Below, one piece after another: positions 1 to 11,615 of a stretch of 64,000 nt of DNA; within the stretch, counting starts at the first letter, position 1, and every line of letters starts with the position of its first letter. A program made the position numbers and the translations under genes. The notes below the pieces were generated by a model. It saw nothing but the letters and a program-made list of their open reading frames with translations. It did not search any database and was not told the DNA's origin. This DNA is from Octopus vulgaris (taxonomy: Eukaryota), in the NCBI GenBank assembly GCA_951406725.2, contig OX597828.1, forward strand, positions 66,030,001 through 66,094,000. Reading direction: 5' to 3'.

Positions 1-150
1 CCCATGTTTGAAATTTCCCCGAAACACCTGTTGAAGGCTGGAGGGTATATCAGCCGAAACATTGTGTTAACAACAAACAAGATAAGGACAAATATCCGTC
101 GAATGTAAATAATGTACATAATTCCTCATCTCTTAAATATAGAACTATTT
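1..150 (+). mobile_element. 3' part of the hammerhead-bearing repeat, with mutated core CTGTTGA
   Basis: Near-identical to 6056-6197, including GGCTG..CAGCC-GAAA and the terminal TCTTAAATATAGAACT. Confidence 0.75.
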
Positions 151-294
151 ATCTTAAATATAGAACTAAATATAGAATTATTTATCTGTCTGGGTGCATG
201 TTGAACTACAAAAAAAAAAATAAAAATAAAAAAATGTTTAGCAATGTCAATAATTGTAACATAAGCAAGATTAGCAGTAAAATAGAATGCATAC

Positions 295-549
295 TTTCTT
301 TGCCAGAGAAGTTTTGTTCCAAAACACAATATAGTACAGATGTTGTGCCATTTGTATACAAGCAAGCCATTGCAAGCGTTGAAGTACAAGAAATGATGCA
401 AAGAATACTGACAGAAGGTCAAACACGAAATAGTAGTTGACTTGTACAAGGTCCTTCCTGGGTAGAAGTCGAAGTCTAAACAACACCATACTATGAGTCA
501 TAGCATGGAACACTTCACTGCTTAGTATTAAAGTTGCTATCGGATGCAT
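295..549 (-). CDS. First coding exon (85 codons) of an uncharacterised hydrophobic, probably membrane, protein; gene continues beyond the window start
   Basis: Acceptor tttattctctatctattccacag ends at 570; ATG at 549 in context GCCAGACATGC; open frame MHPIATLILSSEVFHAMTHS...YYIVFWNKTSLAKK ends exactly in phase 0 at donor GTATGC (294); sequence is non-repetitive. Confidence 0.7.
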
Positions 550-913
550 GTCTGGCAGCAGAACTGAATCTGTGGAATAGATAGAGAATAAATATGTAAA
601 TAAAATACAGGTAAGCTGATAAACAATGTGGGTTCTTTAAATGTTCAGAGTAAATAGCTAGAGAAAATGAAAAAAATGTCTTTGAGGTACCTGTCTGTTA
701 TGTCTATTTGCGTTTGAGAAAAGAAAGCAGTCTGTTAATCAGAACTGAAAGGGAAACTTTACGTTATTGATACAGGTGTATTAGCGACAGACAGGTAGAC
801 AGACAGACAGACAGACAGGTAGACATAAAGTACATAAGTGTAAAATGCTTGCACTTATTTTGCTCCATGTTGTGCCTGCAAAACTTTGTCTGTTGGTTAA
901 ATAAAAAATATCA

Positions 914-1295
914 TCTCTATATATATAAACGGCAAAATGTCTGTCTGTGTGTGTGTGTGTGTGTGCGTGTCCTTTATACAAATCTACAATTTTTCAGTTA
1001 GAGGGCTTGCACTTACTATGGTCATTCAAAACCGTCCAAAGGTGGTCATGCACATCTTTACATTTCCCCAGTCACCCCGTAAAGCCATTAAAAAATCAAT
1101 AGAAGTGACTTTTTTGTGAATTTTCTATCCAAAACCCAATCAAAATGCCTGAAACTTGATACATCAATTGAATGCCAGCTAGCTGTATGTGATTGGTCGG
1201 AGATTTGGACAGTACTCGTGTGTATGTGCACACACACGCAGCTGCATATGCATGCACTAGCACTATGACCCAGCATTGCCGGGTCATAGTGCTAG
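914..1295 (+). mobile_element. Non-autonomous Helitron-like element
   Basis: 5' A|TCTCTATATATATAAA; 3' hairpin CTAGCACTATGACCC...GGGTCATAGTGCTAG ending CTAG|T; related copies at 22536-22635, 33636-34048 and 49558-49874. Confidence 0.75.
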
Positions 1296-1532
1296 TTACA
1301 TTATTAAAGCATTTTCACTAATCCCAGCGCTTGTCTTAAGTAGAAAATATTACACAGTCCCAGAAGTCAGCCAAAAATCACTTCTCAAAAAAGTTTTTTT
1401 TTCTTTTTTACTTCTATTTGCTATGGGAAATAAAACTGTTTCCTAGATAAATATATCACTTGAAAATCATTTGAAATTTTATGATTTCTAGGAAATTATA
1501 GTGAGTGTGTGGTAGTGAACCATAGGAATGAT

Positions 1533-1995
1533 TAGGCATGGTGGATGTCTGGTAAAGAAACTCACTTTGCAACCTTGTAGTCTCAGGTTCAATCCCACAG
1601 TGTGGCACCCTTGGACAAGTGTCTTCTGCAATTGCTGTAGGTCAACTAATGTCTTGAGAGTGAACTTGGTAGACAGGAACTGTATGGAAGTCCATTGTGT
1701 GTGTGTGTGCGTGCGTGTGTGCGTGTGTGCGTGTGTGTGTGTTTGTTTGTGTGTGTGTGTGTGTATTATACATTTGTATACTGTGTTTGTGTTTGCACCA
1801 GCACCACTTGAAAACTGGTGTTGGTTTGTTTACATTTCCATAACTTAGCAGTTCAGCAACAGAGACTAACAGCCTAGGTACCAGACTTTAAACACAAATA
1901 AATAAATAAATGAGTACTGGGGTTGGTTTGTTCAACTAAACCTTCAAGATGATGTGCCAATATGGCTCCAGTCAAAGGACTGAAACAAGTTAAAA
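1533..1995 (+). mobile_element. Diverged tRNA-derived SINE (family of 39320-39680) with internal (GT)n
   Basis: Shares GGTTCAATCCCAC..GTGGCACC..GGACAAGTGTCTTCT and the GACTGAAACAAGT tail with the other copies. Confidence 0.6.
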
Positions 1996-2574
1996 AATAG
2001 AAGACAAAGGTAACACCTGAAACAGGAATACAAACTACAAATGGAAGGCAATTTCAGAGGAAAAGTAGAAATGTTTGTAAGGTGCATTACAAGAAAATAG
2101 TATAGGTACTTAAGCTACTTTATGCAATGAAGGAATTATGTTTTTATTGCAAAACAGTCATAAATGGGAAAGTTGGTTGTAAAAGAGATATAGCCATTAT
2201 GCTTAGACACGACATATTGCAAACATTCACTCTAAGCTACTAATAAAGTTGCCAGTGAACAATACTATTCAGAGTGATTTGTCACATACCATATGTTTGA
2301 AACAGTTGGTTAGCATTAATGTCTTGAGTGTGGAGTCAGGCTATATGTATATATGTGGTGTCAGGCTAAATGTGTGTGTATTTTTTTCACTATGTACAAA
2401 TAACACAGAAAAAAATAAATAAATAGTTACCAGGGTAGCAAAAAAATTCACGTAAGTACTAAGGGTGTTACAGCTTACTTAAAAGGTAGAAATTCCAGGG
2501 TTTAGTGAAATGTTTTTGTATAAGAGATAAATAAAGAAATGGAGTTAAACGCAGGTGTTATTCAAATCCTTATA

Positions 2575-2660
2575 CTTTCGACATATGTTTCAAAGAAAAC
2601 ATTGGTATTATTCCAGAGGAAATAAAATAATGTAAAACAATGCGATCTTCTCATCAGGGA
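2575..2660 (-). ncRNA. Degenerate type I hammerhead ribozyme motif in a Penelope-like remnant
   Basis: Minus strand reads CTGATGA-GAAGA...TTCTTT-GAAA-CATATG-TC; palindromic stem III; stem I imperfect. Confidence 0.45.
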
Positions 2661-2727
2661 AAAAAAGAGAAACAACATTAATAAGCCATTTTAACCAAAT
2701 GTGATGACTGTGTATATGATGAAGGGA

Positions 2728-2785
<58 letters not shown>

Positions 2786-2938
2786 GTATATATATATATG
2801 TATGTATGTATATATATATATATATATAAAATTTAAAAATTGAGGAAGATAAATTAATATTAATTTTAATATCAATTTAAAACCAGTAGTCCAGCATTCA
2901 AAAAATCTGAGGAGTCAGAGAAAATTTAAATATATGTG

Positions 2939-3419
2939 TATATTGGCAGGGCTGGCCTGCTAGGTAGCCGGCCTCAATTTTTAAATATTTAAATAAATAC
3001 GTTCCCTAGTTGTAAGCACTATCAGCAGTGAATTATTCACTGCAGCCCTTCGCTTCAGGAGTCTCTCAGCGCGCCAGAACCAAGACATTTGAAATTTTAT
3101 TCCCGATGTAATCAGTAAGACTAAGCACGTGTCTGTCTTGACACAGAGAGCTGGGGTTAGTCTTGCGGTTTGCATCACGAGGACCGAATGTACTGAAGAA
3201 GTCACGGACACTTGAATTATGCAAGTAATTCTTTTGTTAAGACCGAAACCGAGGTATGCATTTAAGTCTGTTATTTATTTAATTTTTCATATGTCCTGCC
3301 CGCCAAAGTTGGTTCTGGTGTTCGCTGAATTCTTCCTCTAGAGAATTTCCCTTGTAGTTTGATCGTTGATGATCTTCTTCTAGCATTCTGGCCGGCTACC
3401 TAGCAGGCCAGCCCTGCCA

Positions 3420-3424
<5 letters not shown>
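2939..3424. mobile_element. Element bounded by perfect 35-bp inverted repeats and containing a hammerhead motif
   Basis: TATATTGGCAGGGCTGGCCTGCTAGGTAGCCGGCC (2939-2973) and its reverse complement (3390-3424); TA-rich flanks. Confidence 0.75.
3187..3262 (+). ncRNA. Type I hammerhead ribozyme fold
   Basis: Stem I AATGTA/TGCATT; core CTGAAGA (3193-3199); stem II GTC/GAC with the first pair an A-C mismatch; GAAA (3245-3248); stem III ACC-GA-GGT; cleavage triplet GUA (3254-3256). Confidence 0.65.
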
Positions 3425-3483
<59 letters not shown>

Positions 3484-3574
3484 ATATATATATATATATG
3501 TATGTATATATATATATATATATGTATGTATATATATATATATATATGTATGTATATATATATATATATATATG

Positions 3575-3631
<57 letters not shown>
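3421..3631. repeat. (TA)n microsatellite with periodic TG interruptions
   Basis: Direct reading. Confidence 0.98.
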
Positions 3632-3633
<2 letters not shown>

Positions 3634-5415
3634 GCCACCATCTTGAAATTAAACACAAAGAGTGACTGTATTATCACTGATAGAATACAATATCACAAAT
3701 GCATATTCCAAGGAGAACGTGAGGTTTATACTTTCTGTAAACCCCTTGTCATTCATGTTAAGGAAGTCTGAAAGGTATCTCACTGGTTCACAATGAAACG
3801 GAGATACCAAAATTACACACTGTTTCTTTGTGGATGACTTAAAACTGTATGCAAAGAATATGCATGAGATGAAAAAGAGCCTTGGCCTAGTCACAACATT
3901 CTCAGAGAATGTAGGGTAGGAATTTAGTCAGGATAAATGTTGTTATATGGTTGTGAAAAGTGGGGAAAACTATAAAACAGACTAGTAACATCTCCATCAA
4001 TGATTTGACTGTTTCCCCTGTATCTGTCACAGGGGTGGATGAAAAAATATCTTACAATGGCACTTGTAACAAAACATGTGTTACTAAAGAATATTACAAC
4101 TGAATATAGAAAATTTTGATCTGAGAACTCTCTGCATTCAATAAAACAGTGGCCCACAATGTCTTTGCAGTGCCAGTACTCATACCAACATTTGGATGCT
4201 TGACGAGATCTGAACCATTGATGTGAAAACCCCAAAAATACTAACAAGCACACATAATTTCCACATAAAGTGACATAGACTGCCTCTACCCAAAATGAAA
4301 ACAAGGTGGCAGAGGCTTAACATCGATCCATAATGCATTTGAATGTCACATCATATCCCTTTTAACCACCAAGCATTGAAGTGCATCCCTTCAAGTTTGC
4401 ATACATGAGGCTGATAACATCATAAGACTTGGAAGGCAGCTCCTTGAGCAACAGTCTTTGTCTGATAACCTAGAATACATGCCCAAAGAAGTCACACGAC
4501 TCTACCGCAATGTATCATCAGATGAAAGGATGAGCCTATTTGAGCAGAGGACTATGCATGGATATGTTAGAAGAAAGCTCCATGATGAGAGTAAGATAGA
4601 TCATCAAAGCAGCTTATCATGGGCGAATAGCCAGATTACTACCTCCCACTTTAAAAGGTATGTGTTTGCAATCCAGGAACAGGAAATATCAACCAAGTAC
4701 CTGATGCACAAAAGGGATAGAGATGCAGGAAAAGCCATAAAATGTGACAACTGATGCAGACTTTGTGGAGTTTACACTGAAGATATCACCCACATCATAA
4801 GCAGTTGTCCGAAAATGTCATCATGGTATTATCTACAAATGAGACATGACATTGTATCTAGGACACTCTATAATGAAATCCGCTGGAAGGATAATCCTGA
4901 GGACAAAAAAACCCCCCTATAATATGGTAGAAGCCATAGCCACTCATAATAAAAAGGAATACTGGTGGAATGTACCACTGAAGACCTCAATAAAAGTAAG
5001 CACAACAGACCTGATATAATTATTTAGGACAGAGAAGAGAAACTGTGCACAGTTGTGGAAATTAGCTGCCCGACAGATGTTAACATAAAGCTGAAGATCA
5101 GTGAAAAAGAGAACACCTATGCTGGGCTATTGAGAAATCTGCAGTTACTCTATCCAGACGACATGTTCAGGTTTATACCTGTAATTATTGGGGCCCTCAG
5201 ATATGTAACACACTGCCTAAATACTAATCTTGAGAAATTAGGATTCTCAAAAGCAGAAAGGAGAAAGCTAATTTGAAGAGTACAGATCCAATCCATCACC
5301 AGAACTGTAAAAATCTGTAAAACTTTCCAGAAGTTTATCATTTAAATATATATATGAACATGTCTAGATATGCAACTATATGCATGAGAACACATAGATA
5401 AAGCAAAACATACAA

Positions 5416-5448
<33 letters not shown>

Positions 5449-5580
5449 CATACATACATACATACAAACAAAAATACCCTGTTGTTGATGTTGAAATTCC
5501 AATGAAGGAACCTTGTAACAAGGTTAGAAACTGGTTCTTTCTCTATTGGCAAGTAATCTTGAAATAAACTGAATAATAAA
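3632..5580 (+). mobile_element. 5'-truncated, degenerate non-LTR retrotransposon with RT and restriction-like endonuclease (R4/Dong/NeSL-like)
   Basis: Broken frames give IFQG, THCFFVDDLKLYA, QGGRGL, CRLCG..HIISSC, RHD, NRPDIII and VEISCP..KISEKENTY; 3' UTR contains (TACA)n. Confidence 0.85.
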
Positions 5581-5624
5581 ATATTTACATTTGATGGATA
5601 TTTGTCCTCATCTTGTTTGTTGTT

Positions 5625-5670
5625 AACACAACATTTCAGCTGATATACCCTCCAGCCTTCATCAGGTGTC
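5625..5670 (-). ncRNA. Minimal type I hammerhead motif (Penelope-type)
   Basis: GACAC-CTGATGA-A-GGCTG..CAGCT-GAAA-TG-TT-GTGTT on the minus strand. Confidence 0.55.
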
Positions 5671-5810
5671 TTGGGGAAATTTTGAACCTGGGTTCTCATT
5701 CCTAAGGTATTTTCCGATGTTGTTATTATTATTATTAACTTTCTTCCTGTGTTTTGTCCCTTTATGTTTTAATTGATTTTTCTTTGCCCTTGTGGCCAAT
5801 AAACGAATTA

Positions 5811-5854
<44 letters not shown>

Positions 5855-6078
5855 TCACTGCCTGGAATTGAACTCGGAATCTTGGGGTTAGTAGCCCGTG
5901 CTCTTATCCACTACGCCATATGCCCATGTGGCACATGGGCATATGGCGTAGTGGTTAAGAGTGCGGGCTACTAACCCCAAGATTCCGAGTTCAATTCCAG
6001 GCAGTGACCTGAATAATAATTAACAACAACATCGAAAAATACCTTAGGGATGAGAACCCAGATTCGAAATTTCCTCAA

Positions 6079-6118
6079 GACACCTGATGAAGGCTGGTAT
6101 CAGCCGAAACGTTGTGTT
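6079..6118 (+). ncRNA. Minimal type I hammerhead motif (Penelope-type)
   Basis: Stem I GACAC/GTGTT; core CTGATGA; stem II GGCTG-GTAT-CAGCC; GAAA followed by palindromic ACGT in place of stem III. Confidence 0.65.
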
Positions 6119-6725
6119 AACAACAAAGAAGATGAGGACAAATATCCGTCAAATGTAAATAATGTAAATAATTCCTCATCTCTTAAATATAGAACTGTAT
6201 AAACTGAATGATGACATACATACGTATATGCACTTGTATGCATGTAAATCAATGATTGGCGGCTACAACACTAAGGGCCACGGAAAAATTCCTACAAAGA
6301 ATATCTTTGAAGGTGCATAACCAAAATGTCGCTATTGGAATGGCGTGAATGGTGCAATCCTGCACTACCAAATGCACAAGTTCTGCTGGGCTAGACACAT
6401 TGCAAAGTTCACAGACAACAAGGGAACCCTTGCCGTTGTCAAGTGGAATCAGAGGGATTAGGGAAAAAAAAGTCACTCGGATGATGTCGAAGATGATGGA
6501 TAGAAGTTATAGTCCTGGAATTTGAACCTAAGTTGAAGAGAAGGGTGCACTGAAGTGAAGAATGTAGGCGCATTGTGACCAGCAATGTATAAAGGTCTAT
6601 GATAGTCTACTCGTTGGAACGGTAGAATGATTTATAATACACAAATACACACACACACACACATGTGTTTACTTATACATATATACACAAATCTAGACAT
6701 ACACACACACGCAAATATATATGTA

Positions 6726-6763
<38 letters not shown>

Positions 6764-6949
6764 ATATTGTACTCGTATATGTGTGTGTATTTAAATGGGG
6801 GAGGCCGGTTTATGGGATTACCCTGGGTTTCTAGTCCATAAGGGGCTTAGCCTTATGGCATAACGTCAGACCACCCCAATGAAAACGTGTTGGCCTATAT
6901 ATATATAGGTATTCTTTCGTTACAAACAGCATAGTTGTCATGTAACTAA

Positions 6950-6996
<47 letters not shown>

Positions 6997-7139
6997 TGGT
7001 AAAACGGTAAGATAACAAAAGAAAGAAAGAGACCTCAATATTATGTAAATAGAGGAAATTTATCCGTAAAATATGTGACAATTATTCAATAGCCAAGAGT
7101 TTTATCTTGGCTATTGAATAATTGCCATATTATTTTACA

Positions 7140-7618
<479 letters not shown>

Positions 7619-7892
7619 AAAGAGTAAAAATCTGGTGGTCAGCGCGGAAATAAAAACCTCATAGGTAAATTTTACAGAATATTTTATTAATTATAAACAT
7701 AATTATAACAAGGGATTAGCAATACGCCTCATCACACACGACGACTACAGACAGCGATGATGATAATAATAATAATAATGATGGAAAGATAAAGATGATT
7801 TTTCATGACGATAGCAGGGTTTTGATGCTGATGGATAAAGACTACGCATTATCAATTGTAAATAAATATTGAGGAAAACAAGTTTTATTTAC

Positions 7893-8030
7893 CTTTGTTG
7901 TTGTTGTTATTAATCCAGGCCTGTCAGGTTTGAATAACGGCCAGATTCTCTATGACACACTGCACTGTTATTACTGCTGCAACATATGCAATGTGTGTGA
8001 GTGCGTGCGAGTGTCTGGTTTAAATGGCTC
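7893..8030 (-). other. Candidate non-coding first exon of the gene whose coding exon is 295-549
   Basis: Donor AAG|GTAAAT at 7892; unique sequence next to a promoter-like patch; 5' boundary is a guess. Confidence 0.35.
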
Positions 8031-8044
8031 GGGTCTAAGTTATA

Positions 8045-8180
8045 CTTCAACCAATGTAACAAGAAGTATTATGTATGACTACAATACTCCCGATTAGATG
8101 CAGTAGCTGCAATAACGATGATTAACGGGGTGCTTGAAATACCGCCGTTACAGTGTAGATAAGATTAAATGGGCCCGGAG
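8045..8180. promoter_or_regulatory. Putative promoter (CCAAT box, ACTACA..TCCC-like motif, local CpG)
   Basis: CCAAT at 8051; GACTACAATACTCCC at 8077-8091 resembles the ZNF143/Staf-type ACTACAnnTCCC motif; several CpGs in an AT-rich background. Confidence 0.3.
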
Positions 8181-8194
8181 CATAGGTTTCAATG

Positions 8195-8640
8195 TTTTCT
8201 CGTATATATCATTCTCTTTATCTTTTATTCTCTCTATCTCCCTCTCTCTCTCTCTTAATTTACCGATTCTTTAACGCACTGGCACACATATATAATCACC
8301 CTCTCTTATCTCACTTTTCACCCTCTCTTATTCTTCTATCCCTTTCGTTTTCGTTTTTCTACCCTGTCTTTCATTCTTCTCTCTCTTTTTCTCTCTGCCT
8401 TTCTTTTTCTTTATCCCTAACCTTCTTTTCTCATGCTTTCTCTCTTTTCCTCTCTCTCTTTCACTTTCATACGCTCACCCGTTTGTCTATTGTCTGTCTA
8501 TTTCTTCCACATTCTCCTTCCACTTACATTTTCTACTATTCTTTCGATTCACATTTGATTTTTAATAAATTTTAGGTACTCTCCTACCCGCTATCCTTTA
8601 AATGTGTTATCTATATTTTAATTCCATTCATTCTCTTTCC
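8195..8640. repeat. CT-rich low-complexity tract
   Basis: Strong pyrimidine skew on the plus strand. Confidence 0.8.
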
Positions 8641-8810
8641 CCTAATTGTATTATCTAACCCAGGGACTTCCTTCAACAGTCGCCGTCTTGGGTCTTTTTT
8701 TTTTACAATTTAAAGAGAACACCATCTTCTCGTCTTCGCTCAACACCTCCTTTTGTTGGGTTTCTCACACTTCCTAATTTAATTCCGTTTTAAGTTATGT
8801 TCCCCTATGT

Positions 8811-8850
8811 TAGTGGTTCCCAACTCCAACCTGTGGTCTGCAAAAGTAGA

Positions 8851-8906
<56 letters not shown>

Positions 8907-9076
8907 AAAGAATGTGTTACAATACCATTCCACACATACAAAAACAGCCATACCAACACTCCAACATCAGCTGCCCCACGTATATATATATAAGGATAAG
9001 CATATCAAAAGGGGTCGGTGAGAAGACTCATTTAAATAAAAGGGGTCCTTGGTAGTGAAAAGGTTGGGAACCACTG
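8811..9076. mobile_element. hAT-like MITE
   Basis: Terminal inverted repeats TAGTGGTTCCCAAC / GTTGGGAACCACTG; TSD not clear. Confidence 0.6.
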
Positions 9077-9141
9077 CTCTGTCTTTGATTTGGTTATTCT
9101 CCACCTTCTCACGTTTACTTCCTTTCTTCTCTTCTTTCATT

Positions 9142-9223
<82 letters not shown>
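9142..9223. repeat. (TCTA)n microsatellite
   Basis: Direct reading. Confidence 0.98.
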
Positions 9224-9487
9224 CTTCCATAAAATTGGCGGTGCCCCATCATGACCTTGACTCTAAAGCTTGAAACTAGTGCAAATAAATAAACAGGTTG
9301 ACTCAACTCCTCAGCTAAGTCAATCTGTTATTCAATAAATACAATACGGACTGTTGTATCATGTTATAGGATGTGGTTTTGATATGTATACAGGGTGCGG
9401 TGAATATATTGTCGTCTAAATTACGCAAAAAATTGAAAGAACAATTTCGTTTAAGCAAGATTATGTGAATTTGCATTTTAACAGATA

Positions 9488-9709
9488 TACGTTATCTGAT
9501 CAATAAGTATCCGGACTGATGCCATAGTAATGTAGCTACAGCATGCAGAGTAAAGCTGCTTGGCACAGATTGACCTTGAGCTCTGCTGTGCATGCGCACT
9601 AAGTTATAACGTTCTAGTTCACTTCTGCTGTTTACAGCAATGCTTGGAAGTAAGGTGTGTAGCGTGCGATCGTCACATTGACCGTGACACTCAATGCTCC
9701 GGAGAGTGG
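9488..9709 (+). mobile_element. 5' end fragment of a mariner-like element
   Basis: TA followed by CG....TGATCAATAAGTATCCGGACT, a mariner-style terminus resembling the TIR at 12425. Confidence 0.45.
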
Positions 9710-10216
9710 TTAAATATCATTCCGGTGTCTGACATGGAGCAGCTCATACATACATACATACATACATGCATACATGCATGCATAAAAAGCAATATATGCA
9801 TATTTACACATATTTGTTGGATGGCTTCCTCATGACTTCCTCCGCCCTTTGACAGATTTTATTTTTTGTCCTGCAGAATGACCAACAATCACCCTCCTCA
9901 TCAAGCAAGCTTGTTTGGGCTTGCCAGTTTAGTCGCCGATGACCCGACCATGTAACAAGTTGTACTGGGTTACATGTTACCAGTAGTGAATATTTTACCA
10001 TCAAGCTTGCTTGGTAATGAAGGTGGTTGTTGGACACCCTGCAGGACGAAAAATAAGACCCATCAAAGGGCAGAGGAAATCTTGAGTAGTCAACAGCCAT
10101 CCGACAAATCATTGTTGTGGCTGATGACAGTACCACCTGACTGGCCCACGTGTCGGTGGCATGTAAAAAGCACCCACTACACTCTCGGAGTGGTTGGCAT
10201 TAGGAAGGGCATCCAG

Positions 10217-11615
10217 CAAAGTTTCTACAGCTGGATGTCCTTTCTAATGCCAACCACTCCGAGAGTGTAGTGGGTGCTTTTTACATGCCACCGACACGTG
10301 GGCCAGTCAGGTGGTACTGGCATCGATCATGCTTGAATGGTGCTTTTTACATGCCACCGGCACAGATGCCAATCAGACAGTACTGTCATCGGCCACAACA
10401 ATGATTTCACTTGCCTCAACAGGTCTTCTCAAGCACAGCTTATCTCCAAAGGTCTTGGTCACTTGTCATCGCTTCGGCGAGGCCCAACTTCACCACCTCA
10501 TCCTAGATCTTCCTGGGTCTACCACTTCCACAGGTTCCCTCTACTGCTAGGATGTGGCACTTTTTCACACAGCTATCCTCCTCCATTCACAACGCATGAC
10601 CATACCAGCGCAGTTGTCTCTCTTGCATACCACATCTGATGCTTCTTAAGTCCAACTTTTCTCTCAGGGCACTTACACTCTCACGTGTATGCACACTGAC
10701 ATTACACATCCATCGGAGCATACTGGCTTCATTCCTTGCAAGATAACGTATGTCCTCAGTAGTCACGGTCCATGTTTCACTGCCATGTAGCATGGCTGTT
10801 TGTACACATGTGTCATACAGTCTACCTTTTACTTTGAGTGAGAGGCTCTTTGCCACCAGCAGAGGTAGGAGCTCTCTGAACTTTGCCCAGGCTATTCTTA
10901 TTGTAGCAGCTACACTTTCAGAGCATCCACCCCCACTACTGACTTGGTCACCTAGGTAACGGAAGCTATCAACTACTTGTAGTTTTTTCCTCCAGGAATG
11001 TGATGGAAGCTGTTTTCTGCACATTTTCAGTGTTTATTGCCCCTGTGCATCTGCCACACACAAAAACTATCTTCCCAGTTAACTTTCCTTTGATATTGCT
11101 GCACCTCTTATGTGGCCATAGCTTACACTGGGAGTTTCTACCTATGCCTTTTCTACAGATTGAGCAGGGCCATCTACCTGAAGGGATTTGTGATTTGTCT
11201 GCCTTCCTACTTATTAAGACTTTGGTTTTTGCGAGACTGACTCTAAAGCCCTTCAAATGCTAGACCTTGCTTCTACACCTGGAACTTTTCCTCTAGTTCT
11301 GATAGTGACTCAGCTGTTAGAGCAAGGTCATCAGCATAGAGAAGCTCCCAGGTGCATCCTGTCTTGAATTCCTCCGTTATTGCTTGGAGGACTATGATGA
11401 ATAAGAGGGGCTGATCCTTCATGGACCCCTATCCCTACCCAGAATTCTTCACTGTACTCGTTGCCAACCCTCACCTTATTGACAGCATCCCTGTGCATGG
11501 CTTGTACAGCTGTCACTAACCGTTGATCTATCCCTAGTTTCTACATTGACCACCAGATAAGGGATTGGGGGACTCTGTCAAAGGCTTTCTCTATGTCAAC
11601 AAAAGCCAGGTACAG
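10217..11615 (-). mobile_element. RTE-clade LINE 3' fragment (RT C-terminus and 3' UTR), degenerate
   Basis: GVHEGS, LLYADDL-like segment, VDSFRYLGD, AMLHGSETW, LRWYGH; ORFs 11331-11516, 10969-11256 and 10587-11024. Confidence 0.9.

Larger units (their letters stand above)
5582..6197. mobile_element. Head-to-head inverted pair of tRNA-headed, hammerhead-containing SINE-like elements
   Basis: Palindrome centred at 5931; arms 5851-5930/5932-6011 are tRNA-like (A box TGGCGTAGTGG, B box GTTCAATTCC); outer arms 5582-5736/6013-6163 carry hammerhead motifs. Confidence 0.85.

Noticed and set aside
198-440. 80-aa plus-strand ORF
   Set aside because: Antisense shadow of the minus-strand exon, with no independent support
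5937-6011. tRNA gene (also heads at 28730-28805, 39320-39395, 62870-62948)
   Set aside because: Acceptor stems do not pair and each continues into a repeated body; these are SINE heads
8192-8575. 127-aa Ser/Leu/Phe-rich ORF
   Set aside because: Product of CT-rich low-complexity DNA
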